In this document: one piece after another, positions 11,711 to 25,049 of the stretch | How positions within the stretch are numbered: the stretch's first letter is position 1 | Layout of the letters: the number at the start of each line of letters is the position of its first letter | Assembly (NCBI RefSeq): GCF_001194135.2 | Contig: NC_068982.1 | Location: 65,821,503-65,870,663 of the forward strand | Length of the DNA: 49,161 nt | Reading direction: 5' to 3' | DNA from: Octopus bimaculoides | Taxonomy: Eukaryota | Notes under the pieces: generated by a model | Told to the model about the DNA's origin: nothing | What the model saw: only the letters and a program-made list of their open reading frames with translations | The model's database searches: none | Made by a program: the position numbers and the translations under genes

Positions 11711-12988
11711 CAGTGTTTTCCAAACTGTGTGTAACGACACATTAGTGTGCCGCCAGCAGGGTGTCGGTGTGTCGCAAACGTACGGGAAACCAATATATAA
11801 AATACCCAATACCAATTTGTTTCAGCTTTTCAGAATCTGCTTTTCTTTTTTAGCATAGCGAACATGTCAATGCACGTACCTACCGGTTATCGTTTCCCAC
11901 TTAATGTTTGGAGGCGAGATTTAAAAAAGGAAAAAAAGGCACAAATAATCTTCATTATATAACGCTCATTTTCATTGTATCTTATTTAGTGTAAAAGAAT
12001 TAACATATTGCAAGCGCTATTCTCTTGCCCAGAGTAAATGGAAAATCGATTAAGAATTTTCAAATTCGCACCTGTTTTAGTGAGCGAAGCACACTGGAAC
12101 TGCTTTCAAATTACCTAAAGTTATTGCTCACCTATACGCATTACTGAGGGTGAACTAATAATTATGAAATCACATTAAACTCATGTCACACTTGCTCCTT
12201 GTTCGTCAGTCTCGCAGGCTTAGCCTTAGGAACCGAGTGTTCTAATTTTATCGTACTTAGTGGTGGTGATACTAATTACGTGTTTAGTTATCATAACTTT
12301 ATAATAAATCAGCTTTGTCTTATTCATAAATTGTAATTAAATTACTCATAAAATGAATAAATTTTTAATTAAGAAAAGAAAAGTTGCAGAAGATGGCATT
12401 TCCAATGAACAAAATTTAACAGCTATGAAGGAAACAACTCAAACAACTGTTGAACGACCTGCATCAGTGAGTGAGAAGGGCACAGGAAATTTTTTTAAAT
12501 CTCGTTTATACAACAAAGACTATATAAAACTGGGCTTCAGATTTTCTGGAAATGAAAATAACGCTAGTCCCCAGCATTTAGTTTGTGGGGATATACTTGC
12601 AAACGAAAGTATGGTACCAAACAAATTACAGCGTCATTTCAACACTAGGCACGGAAATTTCTCTATAAAACCAGTGGAATACTTCACCGAACTTGCAAAA
12701 TCTCTCTAAAAAAAGAAAAAAGAAAAAAGCAGGTTTCAATGTTCACAAAGAGAATAAAGATATCTGACAAAGCTCAAGAGGCAAGTTACTTGGTTGCTCA
12801 AATAATTGCCAAAAACAAGGAACGACATAGTATTGCTGAAAGTACTATAAAGGAATCTTGCTGTGCTATTGTTCGAACAATGTTTGGACCCGAATTTGAG
12901 AGAGAAGTTAGATATGCCTGATGATATTAAACTGCAAATGAAGGATACTTTTCAAGATAATAACATGATGTTTGCATTGCAGTTTTGA
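11711..12988 (+). mobile_element. hAT-Charlie/Buster (ZBED5-like) transposon, 5' part only, defective
   Basis: Terminus CAGTGTTTTCCAAACTGTG. ORF 12353-12709 has a BED-finger region (RLYNKDYIKLGF...CGDILANESMVPNKLQRHFNTRH). ORF 12739-12921 contains AQEASYLVAQIIAK, then DDIKLQ...FALQF. There is a stop, an internal deletion and no right TIR. Confidence 0.85.
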
Positions 12989-13803
12989 GCAGGCCTATGA
13001 GCAAAGGCATTCCAGTTCGAGCTGCTAGAAATAGCAGTAAAATCTGGTTCAAATCACACAACTACGGTCTTTGGAAAGGAAGAACACATTAGATAATGTA
13101 GTCTTAGATTGTCAGATAAAGACACTCCAGCTGCTGAATCCAAGATTCAACGGCTGGAATACCTTTCATCATTGGTCTGTTCGATTAAACTTAGTCCAGA
13201 ACTAAAGAGCAACAATTATATGAGCAATTAGTCAGTGCAGGAAGTCTCAAAATTTTGATACTAGTATTGAATATCATCTTTAAAATATTCCTGCAGGATA
13301 TGATGAAATTATATTGGTCTGATGAGCCACAGCTTAATGGTGGACAACCTCAACTAAAATGCTGCAGAAAGCTAATAGTCATGCTACATATTCTATGCAT
13401 GCAATAAAACATTTGCTTTGTAGCAATTATATTCCGTAGTTAATTAAAATTGTAAGCTAGTATATTTGATGAATGATCAGGACGAGTTAGTAAATTATTG
13501 GGAACTGTCTATACATATGATGAGTTGTAATAAAAAAAAACTAGATAATTATGCTGCTTTGTTCTATAAATTATTTCTGTCACTAAATATAATCGATCTC
13601 TTAAAAAAAAAAATCAATTAAAAACAACGAAGAGCCAAGTAAAATAATCTTCATCTCCGGAAGTCTTTATTTGGTCTAATTATTTACTGCAACACCGGGT
13701 GACGGCTAGACGCCATGTTACACACAGTACAGTGTGTGTTCGTAGATAAGGAAATATAATAGCCGCCCAGTAAGGTTTGGTTTATTGTAATCGACAGATC
13801 GTC

Positions 13804-15144
13804 TTTCAAGTAAGCATTGTTTAATTATATCCCTGGCAGATTTTAGATTTTAAAAATAAAAATCTAAACTGAAACCAGAAATTTCAACTTTTCCCCTCGA
13901 TGAACACACCTCATTTATAAATGTGCATGTGTGTGTATGTGTATATANNNNNNNNNNNNNNNNNNNNNNNNNNNNNNNNNNNNNNNNNNNNNNNNNNNNN
14001 NNNNNNNNNNNNNNNNNNNNNNNNNNNNNNNNNNNNNNNNNNNNNNNNNNNNNNNNNNNNNNNNNNNNNNNNNNNNNNNNNNNNNNNNNNNNNNNNNNNN
14101 NNNNNNNNNNNNNNNNNNNNNNNNNNNNNNNNNNNNNNNNNNNNNNNNNNNNNNNNNNNNNNNNNNNNNNNNNNNNNNNNNNNNNNNNNNNNNNNNNNNN
14201 NNNNNNNNNNNNNNNNNNNNNNNNNNNNNNNNNNNNNNNNNNNNNNNNNNNNNNNNNNNNNNNNNNNNNNNNNNNNNNNNNNNNNNNNNNNNNNNNNNNN
14301 NNNNNNNNNNNNNNNNNNNNNNNNNNNNNNNNNNNNNNNNNNNNNNNNNNNNNNNNNNNNNNNNNNNNNNNNNNNNNNNNNNNNNNNNNNNNNNNNNNNN
14401 NNNNNNNNNNNNNNNNNNNNNNNNNNNNNNNNNNNNNNNNNNNNNNNNTTTTTTTTTTTTTTTTTTGTTATGCTTTCTTTTAAAACTATATTCTTCTTAG
14501 AATTATCTCATCCTTGCCCACTCCTCTATGTTTCTCTCTGTGATGTTATATATATAGCCTTCTCGATTCTTGGCTACTATTTTACTATTCGCTTTGCAAA
14601 CATTGAATTAAAACGCTATCTTTTCCAATCTAGTACAGTTCGATTGTAATTCAATGACTTTATATTCTATATTCGATTGCCAAAATTCTACCTATCATAG
14701 TGCTATTAATACTGTCATTATTTTCTCATAAATCTCAATAAACATCATCTACATAGAAAGTAATCCACTATTGTATGCAACTCCGGGTAGATGTTTACTC
14801 TGGATGCTGGAGTTTTAATGTGGGTTCATTTTTGGAACCTTGGTTTTTTTGTTTTTTTTTTAGATTTCTTTTGTGTATGACACGAAAATTGTTTTTCGTT
14901 TACAAATTTCACTAAGTTTTGTTTAAAAATGGAAGAATTTGACATACAGCTATTAGCTATTTTGAGTAAATTTATATATAATCTTAATTCTACCCGCAAA
15001 GTTTGCTACCTATTAACTGTGATACTACAGTCTTAATTTAGTTTATTACTGGTACATTTCAAATTTTGTTTATCTATAATGTATATGTACGTGTTAGTCA
15101 CTGGAAATATCTCACAGGAACCTGTTAGCAACAAACTTAATGCT

Positions 15145-15176
<32 letters not shown>

Positions 15177-15387
15177 AGTAGATACACATATACGCGTATT
15201 ATATATATATATTAAAAATGGGTAAGTCCTGTTTATGGTATTACCTTAGGTTCCAGTCCACAAAGGGTTTAGCTTTATGAACGGGAACTTAAGGTAATGG
15301 CATAAACAGGCCTTCCCTATTTTGAACATATACTGGTCTACATTTTAAAGTGTGCCTCTTTTTTCGGATTTATGTTTTCTGCAAACG

Positions 15388-15442
<55 letters not shown>

Positions 15443-15614
15443 TGCATGCATGCATATGTTTTTAATTTGTATTGAACTATGTTTCAAGTAAGCATTGTTT
15501 AATTATATCCCTGGCAGATTTTAGATTTTTAAAATAAAAATCTAAACTGAAACCAGAAATTTCAACTTTTCCCCTCGATGAACACACCTCATTTATAAAT
15601 GTGCATGTGTGTGT
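13804..15614. repeat. 133-bp direct repeat (13804-13936 and 15482-15614), one mismatch, spanning an N gap
   Basis: TTTCAAGTAAGCATTGTTTAATTATATCCCTGGCAG...ATGTGCATGTGTGTGT is present twice with a single A/T difference. Confidence 0.9.
15212..15326. repeat. Near-perfect hairpin (palindromic MITE or pre-miRNA-like)
   Basis: CCTGTTTATGGTATTACCTTAGGTTCC (15228-54) pairs with GGAACTTAAGGTAATGGCATAAACAGG (15284-15310), with one mismatch and two G-U pairs on the + strand. The arms extend inward to a 7-nt loop and outward imperfectly. Confidence 0.85.
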
Positions 15615-15949
15615 GTGTATTTGTGAATAATATATCCTCTGTTTACAATATTTCATAGCTTGTAATTAACTTTTGAATGGTCTATATATATATATATACA
15701 CACACACAAATAGAAAAGAAAGAGTATTGTTAGATAATGAAATAAATATATATTCAAGAAACTTCAGCTTGTAAAATACACAAACTCTACGTATTCATTA
15801 TTCTTTTCATCAATCCATGTGTGTGTGTATAATATCCAGTAAAATGAGATTTATTCCATTTTCAACAGCTGACATTTCTCAGGAAATCAAATGCGATAGA
15901 ATAAATGTTTGTTACTTTCATATCAGCATAAAATAAATTAGAGGCTAAT

Positions 15950-16300
15950 ATATTCTTTGTATTTATCCTCTAAAACTGCTTTCTTTTACATTTCCTCGCT
16001 CGAGGTAAGCAGAGTACTTATCTAAGTTTGGCTGGCGTTCAATTCCCAATGTCATGTGTAGGCTAATTTGTCGGAAACTTTGTTTAACGTCTGCCTAAAA
16101 CTTCTGCTAATTCTATACAAAGTTTCTGAAATACAGTAACCTTGTAACTAGTCGTGGCTCAATTTCTGCGTGGCGGCATTTTAAAGCACTTAAATGACTT
16201 AAGTTAGTTTTAAATGTCAACACTACATCACTAATCGAAAAAAAGTTTTTCTTTTTTTCTCCTGCAGTTTCTCGCAGCTACGATTAACTTTCTAAAAGCC
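15950..16300 (+). promoter_or_regulatory. Candidate TSS / first non-coding exon region
   Basis: Strong donor CGAG|GTAAGC after 16004 and acceptor TTTTTTCTCCTGCAG| ending at 16267. Non-repetitive CpG-containing sequence just before the CpG-poor zone. The link to CPES is inferred only. Confidence 0.3.
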
Positions 16301-18284
16301 ATTAAGCATCGTAACTTTTCACCCAGTTTTCGGGACAGTCGGGTTTTGAAAATGCAAAACTACTGAACCAGCAAGTGTTAAATCATTGTCGCTTATTAGC
16401 GTTGTCATCATTTATTGGCATTATTATTGTTATGGATCTTTTCGTTTATTGTTATAACGGGTGCAATAAATAAGAAGTTTTCTGTCTGCAAACCGATTCT
16501 ATGAGTTGATTTTGATTTATTTTCCTATAAATTTCAGATATGTATATGTGCAAGAAGTACTGCATTTATTTTTTGCTAAGTGCTTGAGTTAAGATTTTGA
16601 AGAACCCGATTCCGTTGCTAATTTCCTTGAGAAGCATGAATATTACAGACTGTATTTCTTTTCCCCTAAATTTATCTTATTTCATATGTATATTAATTAT
16701 TATTGATGTTTTTAGTGTGAGGTCAGAAGGAAGCTTTATGTTATTTTGCATTTTGCTGAGTTAAACTTTTCTTCGTATTTCATTTCATTACAACTGTAAT
16801 ACTTTGGTACTATATAGTCAGTTAAACTTTGAAAACTTTCTGACTCTCGGGAGAAATGTACTGGCATTGTGGGATTTAGATTCCCACCTTTTTAGTTTTA
16901 AGTCTAAATCTCACCGCAATCTTGACCATAGTTCAGTTCTAATCCTCATCCTGGTTCTATTTTTGGTAGGGAAAAAGACAAATTACTAGTATTCAATAAG
17001 GAAAATAAGTCATTGGAACCTGTTGCAATTTTACCTATACACATATTTATACATAACTTGAGACAACACAGCAATAGTTCCTTCTTTCGAATATCCAAAT
17101 ACTGAGCAATAATTATTAAGATATATATTCAAATCTGGTTTAATAAATATGTGCAGATCCAATTGCTTGATGTAAATTCTGCTGGGGTTGTCTTTCCCTT
17201 TCTCCATTCCGGTATCGGTAAAATTATTACCAAGAAGGACGAGGCAATTCAATCGACTATAATGTGTAAATATTTACAAACGCCTAGTATTTCTACATTC
17301 TGAAACTTTACTATGTATAAGCTGTTGGTGTCTTTCTGGAAGTAACTGTATCATTCCAGTTCAGTTACAAATGAAATGATGGACACATTTGTTATTTAGA
17401 AATAAATCGAATTAGCTACTTGCATATGACACTCAATATTGCACTATTAATAATTAAGACAGTTATGTAAAATTTATACAGGTGTGTTCTATTATCATTT
17501 GCTTTAAAATTTTGTCTAAGAAATTTAAATATCCAATCAAGCAGATATGTATGTCACTATCACCGTTGTTTTTAATATCTGTTTTTCCATCTATACATTA
17601 TGTCACCATTCATCTTGATCTTTTGTCATCTCATCTGTGAAGTCTAGCTTCCTGAGATTTTACGCCACAACTTCTTGTCATACTTTCTTGTGGTACCCTC
17701 ACCTGACAGTCTCACTCAGCACTCATCGTCCATCACATTAGATGTCTATTACCACTTCTGTTAGCTCTCTTTAGCTATGCAGCACTTATTTCCACAAATA
17801 TATCTTGAGAAGCAACTGTTGTATCTCCTGCCAAAACATGGAATCTGAGCCATATTTTATTATCTTATATTACAGTGATATATTACACAACTCTAAAGAA
17901 TTTCATTCAAGCTAGAGATATACATTAATGAACAAGCTACGTATGTTATCTTTCACATGTACTAAATATGTTAGAGCATAACTTTTACAGTTGTTTTTTA
18001 TGGTCACTCGATTTGCCATATCTACATATTTTAGCTACTGCTGAGGTATAAGATTTTTACTAAAACAAATTATAAAAATTTACTGTTGCAGTAATGCTTG
18101 ATTTAAAAAACTTTTTCTTGTCATATCTGACAAAGATTGGGGGGGAAAAAAAAAAGAGTTTGACAGTTTGTGAGGAACATTAATAAAATGAAAAATTCAA
18201 GCATGGAAGATACATATTAGCCATTCAGAAACACACAATGACTGTTAACCTCACTTAAACATTATTATTTGGTGTCAAAATTTT

Positions 18285-19203
18285 CGCCCAGCGTCGCCTT
18301 TCTGGCACTTGTGCCCGCAGCATGTGTAAGGACTTTCGAGCGAGATCGTTGCCAGTGCCCCTAGACTGGCTTTTGTGTGGGTGGCACATAAAATACACCA
18401 TTTTGAGCGTGGCCGTTGCCAGTACCGCCTGACTGGCCTTCGTGCTGGTGGCACGTAAAAGCACCCTCTCCACTCTCTGAGTGGTTGGCGTTAGGAAGGG
18501 CATCCAGCTGTAGAAACTCTGCCAAATCAGATTGGAGCCTGGTGTAGCCATCTGGTTTCACCAGTCCTCAGTCAAATCGTCCAACCTATGCTAGCATGGA
18601 AAGCGGACGTTAAACGACGACANNNNNNNNNNNNNNNNNNNNNNNNNNNNNNNNNNNNNNNNNNNNNNNNNNNNNNNNNNNNNNNNNNNNNNNNNNNNNN
18701 NNNNNNNNNNNNNNNNNNNNNNNNNNNNNNNNNNNNNNNNNNNNNNNNNNNNNNNNNNNNNNNNNNNNNNNNNNNNNNNNNNNNNNNNNNNNNNNNNNNN
18801 NNNNNNNNNNNNNNNNNNNNNNNNNNNNNNNNNNNNNNNNNNNNNNNNNNNCGCCCAGCGTCGCCTTTCTGGCACTTGTGCCCGCAGCATGTGTAAGGAC
18901 TTTCGAGCGAGATCGTTGCCAGTGCCCCTAGACTGGCTTTTGTGTGGGTGGCACATAAAATACACCATTTTGAGCGTGGCCGTTGCCAGTACCGCCTGAC
19001 TGGCCTTCGTGCTGGTGGCACGTAAAAGCACCCTCTCCACTCTCTGAGTGGTTGGCGTTAGGAAGGGCATCCAGCTGTAGAAACTCTGCCAAATCAGATT
19101 GGAGCCTGGTGTAGCCATCTGGTTTCACCAGTCCTCAGTCAAATCGTCCAACCTATGCTAGCATGGAAAGCGGACGTTAAACGACGACAATGATGATGAT
19201 GAT
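18285..19203 (+). mobile_element. 3' tail of an RTE-type LINE (severely 5'-truncated), shown twice across an N gap
   Basis: Same sequence as the 3' UTR following the RTE ORF at 35864-36170, ending in (GAT)n. 18285-18622 is identical to 18852-19189. Confidence 0.8.
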
Positions 19204-19689
19204 AGTACTTCTGCAACTTTCTAATACAATGCCTTTGGTCAGTATAGATAGGTCCCAGGGTTATAAATATGACCCTGAGACCCATACCTCAGTTGTAGTA
19301 GTTGTCATTGCCTGGGGCTTATAGTTGGATCTCTGTCAGTTTTCATGATCAATATCTCAGTTGTTTAAAGATAAGGCTGATTGAATTAATATATAAGTAG
19401 CTTAGTTATCAGTGGACCTACTGAGAGAATCGGTGTGATATAGGTCCAGCATATCCATTACAAGCAATTTCCATCTACCCAGTTTTACTCTCAAAGCTTG
19501 GCTTGACTTATCATCATCATCATCATCATTTAGCTTCTGTTTTCCATGCTGGCATGGGTTGGACAGTGCTTTTTAAACACTCAGGGAATGGCAAAAAGAT
19601 TCTTACCCAAAATGTCCCACACATTGGGATTTAAAATGGAACCTTGTGATTGTGAAGACATGATACTCACCAAACAGAAACCTTCATTA

Positions 19690-20152
19690 TGCCAAGTTCA
19701 TTGTGCAGAATATTCGCAACTCTCAATGCTAATAGCATTGGCTATTTGATTTATAATCAATCACCTGTCATCCATCAGCATGTGGTGAACACGATCAATG
19801 GTTTCCTTGCTGATGGTTGTTGCAGGATATCCAGACCTTGGATCATCTTCAGGACTTTCTCTCCCCTCCTAAATTCAGCCACCCACTTTTGCACTGTTGA
19901 TAAAGCTGGAGTGTCATCCCCTAATGTAGCAACCACGTCAGCATGTTGTTGGGAGCTAAAGCTTTTTACTGCAGGTACTAGAGGTTGCTACCAGTTACTT
20001 TTGAAGTCTGCTTTGAACAGCCAGTTGTCAGTTCACCTGGAAAGAAACAATGCAGTTATTAATAAGAAGAGCTGGAAATAGTGTATGCAAGATTTCACAG
20101 CTCTCCCATTATTTCTTCATAGTTAGCCTATGAACTTTTCAGCCCACTTTCA
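19690..20152 (-). mobile_element. Decayed 5' fragment of a mariner (N-terminal HTH)
   Basis: Minus strand encodes DVVATLGDDTPALSTVQKWVAEFRRGRESPEDDPRSGYPATT...IDRVHHMLMDDR. A TIR remnant GAACTTTTCAGCCC followed by TA lies at about 20132-20154. Confidence 0.75.
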
Positions 20153-20161
20153 TATATGACG

Positions 20162-20318
20162 AGCTTCTACATAGTCTCCCTCTACTAGATTCACTCACAA
20201 GGCTTTGATCTGCCTAGGCTATAGTAAAAAAAAAACTCTTACCCAAGGTAATGCACAATAGAACTGAACCTGAAATCATGTACTTCCTAAGTGAGCTTCT
20301 TAACCACACATCCATGCC
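20162..20318 (-). mobile_element. Degenerate family A SINE head/core
   Basis: TTCACTCACAAGGCTTTG...GGCTATAGTA...ACCCAAGGT...GAACTGAACC...TAACCACAC matches the other family A copies. Confidence 0.7.
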
Positions 20319-21689
20319 TATAGTTTAATTTTTTCATAAATATTTAACCCATTAGTATCCAAATTTTTTAAATTTAATTTATTACCAAAAATCTTTTTTA
20401 TATATAACTTTATCTGATACTAAATATATAAAAAAGTTTTTATTACGATATTTGAAAGACATTCCAGTCTTGAATGACTAACTAAAGATTTCTCAGAAAA
20501 ATACAGGTTTTGCAGAAATATGATGGATTAGCCTTCTGGTCCTAAAAAATGAACCATGGGCACTAATGGCTTAATGTTAATATGCCTTTTCTAAGTTTGT
20601 ATGTAAAGTGCATCAGTATTTTTTTTATTTCTGCAGTACAAAGTCAAAAAGATTGAGAACCACTAACCCAGAAGCTCCTTCTTTGCTCATTTGTTGATTC
20701 AAGGTCTAATTATTACCTCTCCCTGATCAGTTGATAAGTTGTTATCATTGTAGAAAATTAATCTTTATCTCCCACTTTCCTCATTCTCACTCCATTGTAC
20801 CCACATTGGTTTAAGTTCAAGTGTTTTCTTTCTGGTTTCTCATTGTTTACATGATAGTTATCTGTTTCCATTTTACTAACCAGAATTACTGTGGATTTCG
20901 ATTTAGTTTGTAAGTATCTGAATACTTGTATGACTTTATTTCATGAAATTAGGACAACTCCAGTATATATAAGCTATTACAGATAAAGTACACAAGGAAG
21001 TCTCTATGCAGTCAGTCAATCTACTAGAAAAAGCAGCTAAATATCAGCCGATATTACAACTTTTCACTGTCTTGAGCAAAAAAAAAACAAAAAAACTATA
21101 AATTAGATCATGTAGTTCCTGATATACAAAGAGATAGGACTGTAATTCCTGGAACACCTGATTATGTGCCTGCTTGATTAGGATTGTCTTGGTACCAAAC
21201 AATAGATAGTTGTTATCTCTGTTCATTTCAAACATTTTTATTTATTTAACCCATGGAAGATTTGGTGAGCTTAATATATAAATGACCTTTAATCTATGAA
21301 AAGTTGTTGTGCCTAAAAAAATTATTCAGTCAAAAGTAAACATTTTCATCTATTTACATCCATTTTTCCATGTTTGTATGATGGATATTTTACTTGTTGG
21401 AGCAGTTGTTCTTATAACTGGATGTTCTTTCCTTTCCATTAATGTATTCTGTCTAAGTCACTCAAGTCAAAAATATTGCTGTTCGTGTAGCTGAAAATAG
21501 GTACCATAGAGTAGGAGCCAACTGATATTCCAAAAATTGCATAAAAATACTTTGCTAGTATTGAGTTCAGCATCTGTTGTGATTATATTAAAGGATGAAC
21601 TCACCCAAGCTGAAAGGATGAAAGGACTGCTTGATTAGGGTTGGCCTGGAGCGACACAGTGAAAACAGCCACAATACTGTTGACAAAAT

Positions 21690-22462
21690 TCTTAAACCAC
21701 TGCTATAGAAGCACCACTGCAAAGTCGACCTTGGCAGAATTTGAACTCAGAACGTAGTGGCAGACAAAATACCGCTTNNNNNNNNNNNNNNNNNNNNNNN
21801 NNNNNNNNNNNNNNNNNNNNNNNNNNNNNNNNNNNNNNNNNNNNNNNNNNNNNNNNNNNNNNNNNNNNNNNNNNNNNNNNNNNNNNNNNNNNNNNNNNNN
21901 NNNNNNNNNNNNNNNNNNNNNNNNNNNNNNNNNNNNNNNNNNNNNNNNNNNNNNNNNNNNNNNNNNNNNNNNNNNNNNNNNNNNNNNNNNNNNNNNNNNN
22001 NNNNNNNNNNNNNNNNNNNNNNNNNNNNNNNNNNNNNNNNNNNNNNNNNNNNNNNNNNNNNNNNNNNNNNNNNNNNNNNNNNNNNNNNNNNNNNNNNNNN
22101 NNNNNNNNNNNNNNNNNNNNNNNNNNNNNNNNNNNNNNNNNNNNNNNNNNNNNNNNNNNNNNNNNNNNNNNNNNNNNNNNNNNNNNNNNNNNNNNNNNNN
22201 NNNNNNNNNNNNNNNNNNNNNNNNNNNNNNNNNNNNNNNNNNNNNNNNNNNNNNNNNNNNNNNNNNNNNNNNNNNNNNNNNNNNNNNNNNNNNNNNNNNN
22301 NNNNNNAAGGACTGCTTGATTAGGGTTGGCCTGGAGCGACACAGTGAAAACAGCCACAATACTGTTGACAAAATTCTTAAACCACTGCTATAGAAGCACC
22401 ACTGCAAAGTCGACCTTGGCAGAATTTGAACTCAGAACGTAGTGGCAGACAAAATACCGCTT
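21690..22462 (-). mobile_element. SINE fragment (family B), duplicated across an N gap
   Basis: AAAGTCGACCTTGGCAGAATTTGAACTCAGAACG is the reverse complement of the family B head (compare 31679-31870). 21622-21777 is identical to 22307-22462. Confidence 0.65.
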
Positions 22463-22717
22463 CTGCTTAGCTGTGGACTATACTGAACATATCGGCTGAG
22501 CTGAGGACATAATAACTCCATGAGGTGCAGTCTGACAGTCTAGATATGTTACATTATCTCTACTAAACAGTCTGATCTTGAATGTCTGTAGATTTTGATG
22601 GTGGCCATAGTGGAGGTAGGCAAAACAGACTCAGCACAACAGTTGTTATCTGCACTTTGTTGGTGATGCACATCTCAGGAGAATCTCTAGCCGCTGAGGT
22701 TACTGATATTGCAAACA

Positions 22718-25049
22718 CAGTGGTACCTTGACATATGAGTTTAATTCGTTCCATGATGGAGCTTGTTACTCAAATTATTTGTATGTCAAATCAAATTCCC
22801 CAAAACGCTACAATTTTTTTTTGCTATTTGTTTTTAAATAAGAAAAATGTACTTATAAATAATGAACATTGTATAAAAAACAATACAATAGAATGTACTG
22901 CAATAAACTGGTTTATTTGGAGATCAGATGACTTGAAGATGTTGATGGAAGGGGAGGAAAAAGACTGAACTGAATAACTGAAACTTATTCACTGATTTTT
23001 GCCCATTTCACTACACTTTCCTCACTTTCATCTGTAGGAGTTTTTGATAAAAACCTGTCCAATAAGGTCTGTTTCATCCTCACTTTCAGAGTGTTTCTGA
23101 GTTAGGCAAGTATCATTAAATAGCGTCATCATTCCCCCAGTTGCAACTTTGGGCGTTTCTTTTGAATAAAGTCTGAAAGTTTTTCATGCATTCCCAACGT
23201 TTCCTTTATCGCACTGGTAGAGATAACCTCCTCCTCAGTCTCCTCCACATCACCTATTTCGTGCTGCTGCATCTGTTGTTCCTTTAGCTCTTCCATTGTC
23301 AGTTCTGAGTGCTCCTCGATGAGCTCATTGATGTCACCTTCATCTATGTCCAGGCCCATGGACTTGCCAAGGATACAATCTCCTCCACTGCTTCTTTGGG
23401 TTCAAGTCTTTCAAAGTCTGTTTCAAACACAACCTCAGGCCACAACTTCTTTCATGCAAAGGCCAAGTCCTCTTTGTAACACCCTCCCAGGCCATATCGA
23501 TAATTCTGAGGCATATCACGATGTTATAGTGGTCCTTCCATGAGGTTGAGGTTTGTACTCTCCATCACCTCAAAGCAGCGGTGGAACAGGTGCTTGGTGA
23601 AGAGCTTTTTGAAATTAGAAATCTCCTGTTGGTCCATGGGTTGCAGGATAGTGATGGTGTTGGATGGAAGGTAGAGAACCTTTATAAACTTGAACCCTTC
23701 AAGGATGTTATCTTCAAGGTTAGGTGGGTAAGCAGGTGCATTGTCCAGGACAAGAATGGCCTGCAGAGGAAGGTTATTTTCATGGAGATATTTAACGTCA
23801 GGACCAAAGACCAAATTCACCCAGTTCACAAAGAACCACCTGGTGACCTACTCCCTTGGATTTGCCCTCCACATAACCTACAGATGTTCTTTCAGAATCT
23901 TATGTGACTTAAAGTTTGTGGGGTTTTCTGAATGAGAAATGAACAGTGGCTTAATGTTGCAGTCGCTGCTTGCATTGGCACACAGTGTGAGGGTTAGCCT
24001 ATCTTTCATGGGTTTGTGGCCTGCCATCCTCTTCTCCTCTGCTGTTATATAAGTCCTCCTTGGCATCTTCTTCCAAAAAAGTCCTGTCTCATCACAGTTG
24101 AAGACATGCTGGGGGATGTATCTTTCAGCTACTATAATTCCAGCAAAAGTTTTGAAGTAATGCTCAGCTGCCTTCATATCCACTCTTACTGCCTCACCAT
24201 GCCTGAAAAGGGGGTGAATACTTTTTAAAATTCTCGAACCAGCCCTGATTATCTATAAATGGCTTGTCTGATGCTTTGTCCGTATGTACCTGAGGTCTTC
24301 TGCAGCAAATCAGCGTAAATAGCTTGTGCCTTCTCGCAGATTATAACCTCTGTTATGGTATCTTCTCTGAGCTGCTTCTCCATCAGTCACACCATCAGCA
24401 ACTTCTCTGTATTTTCATAGACAGATGTACACTATTTAAAAATTATTTTAATGCCCTTGGCTGACATTATAGTCTTTATTGACTCCTGCTTCAATATGGT
24501 GCAGATCGTAGAAGTGCTACGCTCATACTGCTTCACCATGTTGACTACATACACACACCTTGGTCATGTTTTCCGATGTTTTCTTTCTTTAATTCAATGC
24601 ACATCATCCACTTCTCACCACTGTCCTTCACACTCACTTTCTTTGAATCCAGAGTTGGAAAAACGAAGTTTTGCAAAACAATTGTGAGCACAAACTGATG
24701 CTTCTGTAGCCTGCAATGACTAAGTAAGCATTTTACCACTTGTCTAGCTAACAATCCACTAATGACCTTTGCACTTGCTAATGTGCATGTCTATCTTGCT
24801 ATCAATCTACTAATGATCTTCGCACTTACTAATGTACATATCTTTCTAGCTATTGAGTGAGACACGAGATGCAGGGCAGATGTTACGGCATTCACTGTGG
24901 TGTTTGCTATGCCAGCTTGCAGTGGGGTATCTGAAACTGGCTCATAACTCGAATTTTTGCTCGCAACTCAAAGCAAAAAATTGGTCAAAAGATGGCTCAT
25001 ATTTCGAAAAACTCGTTAGTTGGGGCACTCTTAAGTCAAGTTACCACTT
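22718..25049 (-). mobile_element. Full-length decayed Tigger/pogo (TIGD1-like) DNA transposon
   Basis: Left TIR CAGTGGTACCTTGAC and right TIR GTCAAGTTACCACTT followed by TA. Transposase fragments: VFNCDETGLFWKKMPRRTYI...KDRLTL, LVLDNAPAYP...YLPSNTITILQPMDQ, and an acidic C-terminus. Many stops and frameshifts. Confidence 0.92.

Noticed and set aside
17031-17252. Minus-strand 73-aa ORF ending at an AG|GTAAAA donor, phase-compatible with the 4820 exon
   Set aside because: AT-rich, with no recognisable homology and a weak donor. Phase compatibility is expected by chance.
18285-19189. 338-bp perfect tandem duplication
   Set aside because: Identical copies directly flank an N gap, which indicates an unmerged contig overlap.
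21622-22462. 156-bp perfect direct repeat
   Set aside because: Identical copies on either side of an N gap, an assembly artefact.
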